Sequence record: SRR20825019_1297
Direction: 5' to 3' (one strand)
Length of the DNA: 54,160 bases
How positions within the stretch are numbered: the first letter of the stretch is position 1; every line of letters starts with the position of its first letter. The notes below the pieces were generated by a model. That model saw only the letters and a list, made by a program, of their open reading frames with translations, searched no databases and was not told the origin of the DNA. Positions 50,173 through 54,160 of the stretch are shown here, piece after piece. Made by a program: the position numbers and the translations under genes.

Positions 50173-51468
50173 CTATCGCTTTTTTCTCCGTTTCTTTTTC
50201 TTCATCCTATTGGCAAAAGCCAATTCCTCGTAATCCTCGCCCTGAGCTTCCGGCAAGAGCCCGCCCAATCCGTCTATCCATCCGAAATCATCTATCGGCT
50301 GTGCTTCATTCAAGAAGTCAAAAAGGCTATGGGTTCCTTCTTGCTCTACGAAGTTGCTGTTACTTTCAGTCGGTAATGGATTTTGTGCCATTGTTTTTTC
50401 AGCTTCCTGACATTGCCCGACCGCTTGTTCTTTCCACCAGTCATTAAAGACATTGGCAGAAAGATTTTTGCCCAGTTGTGAGCCGTTCCAAACGGTACGG
50501 CTTTCATGGTCTATAAAGGTCATACCATAAATACGCCCCGCATCGTTGCGCCGTACCACGGTATTGATGCCCTGTTCCATCAGTTGTTTTTTAAAATCAG
50601 TTTCGTCGGAGGCTATGTGCATCGCTGTTTCGATGGTGTTTTTGAGGACGGCTCTTGCAGGATTGGTTTTCATTTGCTCCTTAGCTGCTGCAAAATGTTT
50701 TTGGAGTTCGTCCAGTCCAGCATATTTGCCGAAACGTGATGCCTTAAAAGGATTGCTCGCTTTTTCAACTTGTTCGTTCAGGGCAAAATATACAAGTCCG
50801 TTTTTCGGTTGTCCGTGCAATTCCCCTTTGACTTCCTCAGCCGTGATGTTGAAAAGTGAAAGCAACGCATTGTACGCTCCCAGGCTTGGGTATTGGTAGT
50901 ACTTGGGCAGATGCCGTACCACCGATGCCATTTGGCTCTTGATATCTCCGGTTCTGTAATCCACCGGACGGAATACCTGCCTGTTTCCCGTACGCTGCTT
51001 TTCCGTTGCAGGTATCAGCTTATATTCTTGTTCCAATGCCCGGCAAGCATCCATAGATCGAAGCTTCTCATAGCTGTCGGGGATCTTTTTCCCATAGCGG
51101 TCAACGCAGGTCGATACAATATGGATATGGGTTCGTTCAATATCAGTGTGCTTAAAAACGATATAGGGTTGTTCACCATAGCCCATACGTTCCATATACT
51201 CCTGAGCCATTTTTATAAACTGCGCATCACTGACCTTATCCGCAGGATCTGGGTTCAGCGATATGTGCAATACGGGCTTCTCCGTTCTTTTGTTTGCCAT
51301 AAGGTAAGGCTCAAAAGAACGATGCAACTGTGCCACCGAATAACTGCCATCTGGTGTTTCCATAATCCTTTGGGTAGCCAGAACCTGTCCGTTTTCCTTA
51401 TCCACTTTAAGCTGGTTGTAGGAAAGTGCACCTGTCATATTAGCCCCGTGACCAATTTTTGCTATCAT
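50173..51468 (-). CDS. mobB: Relaxase MobB
   Basis: GALSYNQLK (catalytic Tyr), HISLNP, FKHTDIERTHIHIV (HUH). Confidence 0.93.
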   Translation of the reverse strand: MIAKIGHGANMTGALSYNQLKVDKENGQVLATQRIMETPDGSYSVAQLHRSFEPYLMANKRTEKPVLHISLNPDPADKVSDAQFIKMAQEYMERMGYGEQPYIVFKHTDIERTHIHIVSTCVDRYGKKIPDSYEKLRSMDACRALEQEYKLIPATEKQRTGNRQVFRPVDYRTGDIKSQMASVVRHLPKYYQYPSLGAYNALLSLFNITAEEVKGELHGQPKNGLVYFALNEQVEKASNPFKASRFGKYAGLDELQKHFAAAKEQMKTNPARAVLKNTIETAMHIASDETDFKKQLMEQGINTVVRRNDAGRIYGMTFIDHESRTVWNGSQLGKNLSANVFNDWWKEQAVGQCQEAEKTMAQNPLPTESNSNFVEQEGTHSLFDFLNEAQPIDDFGWIDGLGGLLPEAQGEDYEELAFANRMKKKKRRKKR

Positions 51469-51908
51469 TTTTCATCCGTTCTGCTGAGGTGTTTGGCTTC
51501 AAACTCTTGTGTCAATTCCATAATATCACGACACAAATTTGCCAACTCTGCCGTTTGTTTTTCCAGTTTAAAAAGGTAGGCGGCGGCTTTCTTTTCCGAA
51601 AAATTACGGTAGAGTACCTTCACTACCTGGTTATAATTGACCCCAACTGCCCTGAACTGACCAAAGAAAGTGGTCAATCTGGTATAGTAATCCATTGCAG
51701 CCATGTCCACCTTCACACTTTTAATTGGCCTCTGAAAGAGTATGGAAGTAATAAACTGTGCTTTGTTATCCGCTCCCGATGCTTCAAAAAGCGAAAGAAA
51801 TTTGGCATTTTCCTCGTCCGTAAGACGAAAAACATAACGGTGGATGCTCGGGTTTGCGATGGGCTTCCGTCCACCTTTGTGCTGTTTCTTTTTCTCTTGT
51901 TCCTTCAT
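51465..51908 (-). CDS. mobA: Mobilisation accessory protein MobA
   Basis: GGRKP, RHH-like N-half, QFRAVGVNYNQVVK; overlaps the mobB start. Confidence 0.9.
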   Translation of the reverse strand: MKEQEKKKQHKGGRKPIANPSIHRYVFRLTDEENAKFLSLFEASGADNKAQFITSILFQRPIKSVKVDMAAMDYYTRLTTFFGQFRAVGVNYNQVVKVLYRNFSEKKAAAYLFKLEKQTAELANLCRDIMELTQEFEAKHLSRTDEK

Positions 51909-51972
51909 CACAAATCCATTTTAATATTCTACAAAACCCCGACTTCGGAGGGTGTTTCCCGGCTCCCTGCAA

Positions 51973-52030
51973 GGGCAAGTTGTTTTGGGGCACGGAATAC
52001 GTTTCGAGTGCCTCAAAACACAACTTGCTC
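51973..52030. other. Putative oriT
   Basis: Imperfect inverted repeat GGGCAAGTTGTTTTGGGGCAC...GTGCCTCAAAACACAACTTGCTC directly upstream of mobA; CAACTTGC fits the MOBP-type YAWCYTG nick consensus. Confidence 0.65.
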
Positions 52031-52206
52031 TGTTCGGGTGAACAGAAAATCCGCTCTGCGGGACGGATTGGATAAAGCAGAAAAAAAAGGCTTTAAGCCG
52101 TTCCGTTTATTGTGGGCTATCCAAAATAATATCTCCATTCACTTTTTGCATTCAAGCCATTACAAAGTAAGGACAGCTTTTTAAAAGCATTGCAGTGTTG
52201 CACTTG

Positions 52207-52276
52207 GCCAAAGACTGCCACGGAGTGCCATTGATTACCACATTAAAGAAGTGCAATAAAATAACCTGCTCCTTTG
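52207..52276 (+). promoter_or_regulatory. Phased GCCA array plus degenerate -7 box upstream of the tra region
   Basis: GCCA 52207, 52217, 52227, ACCA 52237; CTCCTTTG at 52269. Confidence 0.55.
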
Positions 52277-52279
52277 TAT

Positions 52280-52630
52280 CAGCAATCAGGCAAGCCTGTA
52301 TGCAGACGTTCATACCCTCTTGCAATCTTGAAAGCAGGAATGCAGGAATGCAGGAAAGCTGGAATGTCCGGCAGTGTGAAAGCTGTCCGGCTGTTTTGTT
52401 CTCGGGCAGGATAACCGGCAGGCAATTGACCATGCCTGCGTGAAAACCTGAATACCGGAGAGACGGCAGGTATGATGGCACGGCGGATTGGAAGAGTGCC
52501 TGTCCGATAGTCGGAAAGGCAGCAGGTTTGCCAAAGGGCTATCAGGCACGCATGCAGGAGTGATGGCATTGTGCCGTGCAGGACAGCAGGCCGTCTATAG
52601 AAATCGCCGGCTTGAGGGCCGGCAGGAAAT
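52280..52630 (+). repeat. Degenerate short-period repeat tract upstream of parA
   Basis: Four tandem WGCWGGAA octamers at 52333-52364; many further GCAGG/GCCTG/CCGGC words across the tract. Confidence 0.6.
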
Positions 52631-52663
52631 CAAAAGAAGTAACACCTTAAAAACAGATTTGAA

Positions 52664-53431
52664 ATGGAAACAATAAACAAAACCCGGTTCATCGCTTTTT
52701 CCAGCCAAAAAGGAGGCGTGGGCAAAAGCACTTTTACGACCCTTGTGGCCAGTATCATGCACTACCGCATGGGGTATAATGTAGCCGTCTTCGACTGCGA
52801 TTACCCGCAGCACAGCCTTTCGCAGATGAGGGATAGGGATATGAAAGCCATCATGCAAAATGAAGCTTTGAAGAAATTGGCCCATCGTCAGTTCACGACC
52901 ATTAACAAGAAAGCGTATCCGGTATTGCAAAGCAGGGCGGACAATTCGTTAAAGGAAGCAGAAGCATTTTTGCAATCTTCTACCGTTCCTTTGGATGTGG
53001 TCTTTTTTGACCTGCCGGGAACAGTAAACACCTCGGGTTTGCTGAATACCCTGGCCGGAATGCAACATATCTTTTCGCCCATTACGGCAGACCGTGTGGT
53101 CATGGAGAGCACATTGAGCTTCACTGATGTCCTGACCAATGTATTGATGAAACAAGGGCAGACTTCCATAGAGACCATTCGGTTGTTCTGGAACCAGGTG
53201 GATGGCCGGGAAAAATCCCATTTATACAAAACCTATGGTGATATCATCAAAGAGGTCGGGCTGCAAGTAATGGAGGCCCGTATCTCAGACAGCAAGCGGT
53301 TTCGCAAGGAAAGCGAAATTACGAGAAAAACAGTTTTTCGCTCCACATTATTGCCTCCTGACGTAAGGTTGACGAGTACCTGCGGCCTAGATATGTTTAT
53401 GAAGGAATTTTTAAAAACCATCAAACTATAA
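52664..53431 (+). CDS. traA: ParA family ATPase (conjugative transposon TraA)
   Basis: QKGGVGKST deviant Walker A; DCDYPQ; DLPGT. Confidence 0.88.
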   Translation: METINKTRFIAFSSQKGGVGKSTFTTLVASIMHYRMGYNVAVFDCDYPQHSLSQMRDRDMKAIMQNEALKKLAHRQFTTINKKAYPVLQSRADNSLKEAEAFLQSSTVPLDVVFFDLPGTVNTSGLLNTLAGMQHIFSPITADRVVMESTLSFTDVLTNVLMKQGQTSIETIRLFWNQVDGREKSHLYKTYGDIIKEVGLQVMEARISDSKRFRKESEITRKTVFRSTLLPPDVRLTSTCGLDMFMKEFLKTIKL

Positions 53432-53435
53432 CCGT

Positions 53436-53858
53436 ATGGAGAATGAGAATAAGAAAAAGCAAAATGTCCCCATAGACGAAGCATATCTCATGTCCATCAT
53501 GGCGGGCGAAACAAAGAAACCGGAGCAGAAGGAAGTTCCTAAAAAGCCAACAGAAGAGCCAGCAGAAAAACCAGTAACTGAAAAGCCTTTGACAAAAGGA
53601 AGAAACCGGCAAAAGAAGATATCCGATGTGGGTTATGGCGAGCGTTTTCTCGACAGCCATTCCATGACACGCCGGGGCGACAAAAGCATCTACATCCGGC
53701 AGGAGTACCACGAACGGCTTTCCCGAATCGTACGGGTTATAGGTAAAGATAAGATACCCCTGTACGCCTATCTTGACAATATTCTCGAACACCATTTTGT
53801 GCAGTTTGAAAAAGCCATTACCGATGATTTCAATGAGAATTTTAAACCCCTTTTCTAG
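53436..53858 (+). CDS. DUF3408 domain protein (TraB-like)
   Basis: KSIYIR.EYHERLSRIV.VIG.....LYAYLDNILEHHF. Confidence 0.85.
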   Translation: MENENKKKQNVPIDEAYLMSIMAGETKKPEQKEVPKKPTEEPAEKPVTEKPLTKGRNRQKKISDVGYGERFLDSHSMTRRGDKSIYIRQEYHERLSRIVRVIGKDKIPLYAYLDNILEHHFVQFEKAITDDFNENFKPLF

Positions 53859-53860
53859 CT

Positions 53861-54131
53861 ATGGAAACATTGATTGTAATATGCCTTATCATCGTCATTG
53901 TCCTATTGCTGAAAGATAAGGTCGTCATCCAAAAAGTGGCTGGCAGAAAGGGAAAGACGAAAAATGAACGTCCTGATCTACCCGACATCATGGGATTGCC
54001 AAAGCCCTTGGAACGCCACCCGTTGCCAATGGATGCCGCCAAAAGCCAATGGGAAGAATCAGGCGACATATCCGATAATTTTGAAACAGAAACCTACGAA
54101 ACAGGTTTCGCAAGGGAAATTCCGCAGGAAG
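53861..54131 (+). pseudogene. TraD-like conjugation protein, apparently truncated by an insertion
   Basis: N-terminal TM segment and LPDIMG.PKP motif; the frame closes six codons after IPQE, inside IS-like sequence. Confidence 0.55.
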
Positions 54132-54160
54132 TGGCTATTTCGGAGTGATGGTGCCACCTG
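54132..54160. mobile_element. Probable IS21-family terminal repeat at the window edge
   Basis: TGGCTATTTCGGAGTGATGGTGCCACCTG begins with TG and resembles IS21-type ends as I recall them; only 29 bp visible. Confidence 0.5.

Larger units (their letters stand above)
9530..54160. mobile_element. CTnDOT/ICEEa-like integrative conjugative element (left boundary approximate; continues past the window)
   Basis: Gene set and order: rteC, HTH excisionases, DUF3945, topoisomerase IA, DUF1896, methylase-helicase, mobC/B/A, oriT, parA, DUF3408. Integrase and T4SS genes not in the window. Confidence 0.88.

Noticed and set aside
50893-52184. 228-aa and 241-aa + strand ORFs over mobB, mobA and oriT
   Set aside because: Antisense shadows of well-supported mob genes; no family features.
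52333-52364. Possible CRISPR array or coding VNTR
   Set aside because: Units are 8 bp with no unique spacers; no cas genes in the window.
52152-52676. Several overlapping short ORFs in the tra leader
   Set aside because: Open on both strands because the repeat tract is poor in stop codons; sequences are not protein-like.

Overview
Bacteroidota DNA, most likely Flavobacteriaceae (inferred from SusC/SusD, TAnnTTTG promoters and CTnDOT-like genes). 1-~9530 is host chromosome: an ECF sigma/FecR-regulated SusC/SusD locus flanked by an S10 carboxypeptidase and a secreted amidohydrolase, with no CAZyme visible, so probably peptide uptake. From ~9530 to the window end is a CTnDOT/ICEEa-like integrative conjugative element: rteC, two HTH excisionase-like genes, DUF3945, topoisomerase IA, ORF6N, DUF1896, methylase-helicase, second rteC, ~21 kb cargo, mobC, a 3-gene insert, mobB, mobA, oriT, parA/traA, DUF3408 and a traD-like gene apparently cut by an IS21-like end at 54132. 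No integrase is in the window. The cargo is dominated by thiol/sulfur genes: an RND pump co-oriented with three TlpA thioredoxins, a split DsbD, DsrE and an orphan SoxB-like hydrolase, plus AhpD, a sulfurtransferase, Trx/TrxB, an ArsR-rhodanese regulator, FrnE and OsmC. Best leads: (i) the SoxB-like/RND operon, with a candidate operator shared across the island and possible read-through into rteC; (ii) a stand-alone 445-aa protein with a toxin-RNase-like C-terminus (candidate defence gene); (iii) 10-bp-phased G(A/C)CA arrays at a fixed distance from four ICE promoters. All calls come from motif recognition by eye; no searches were run.
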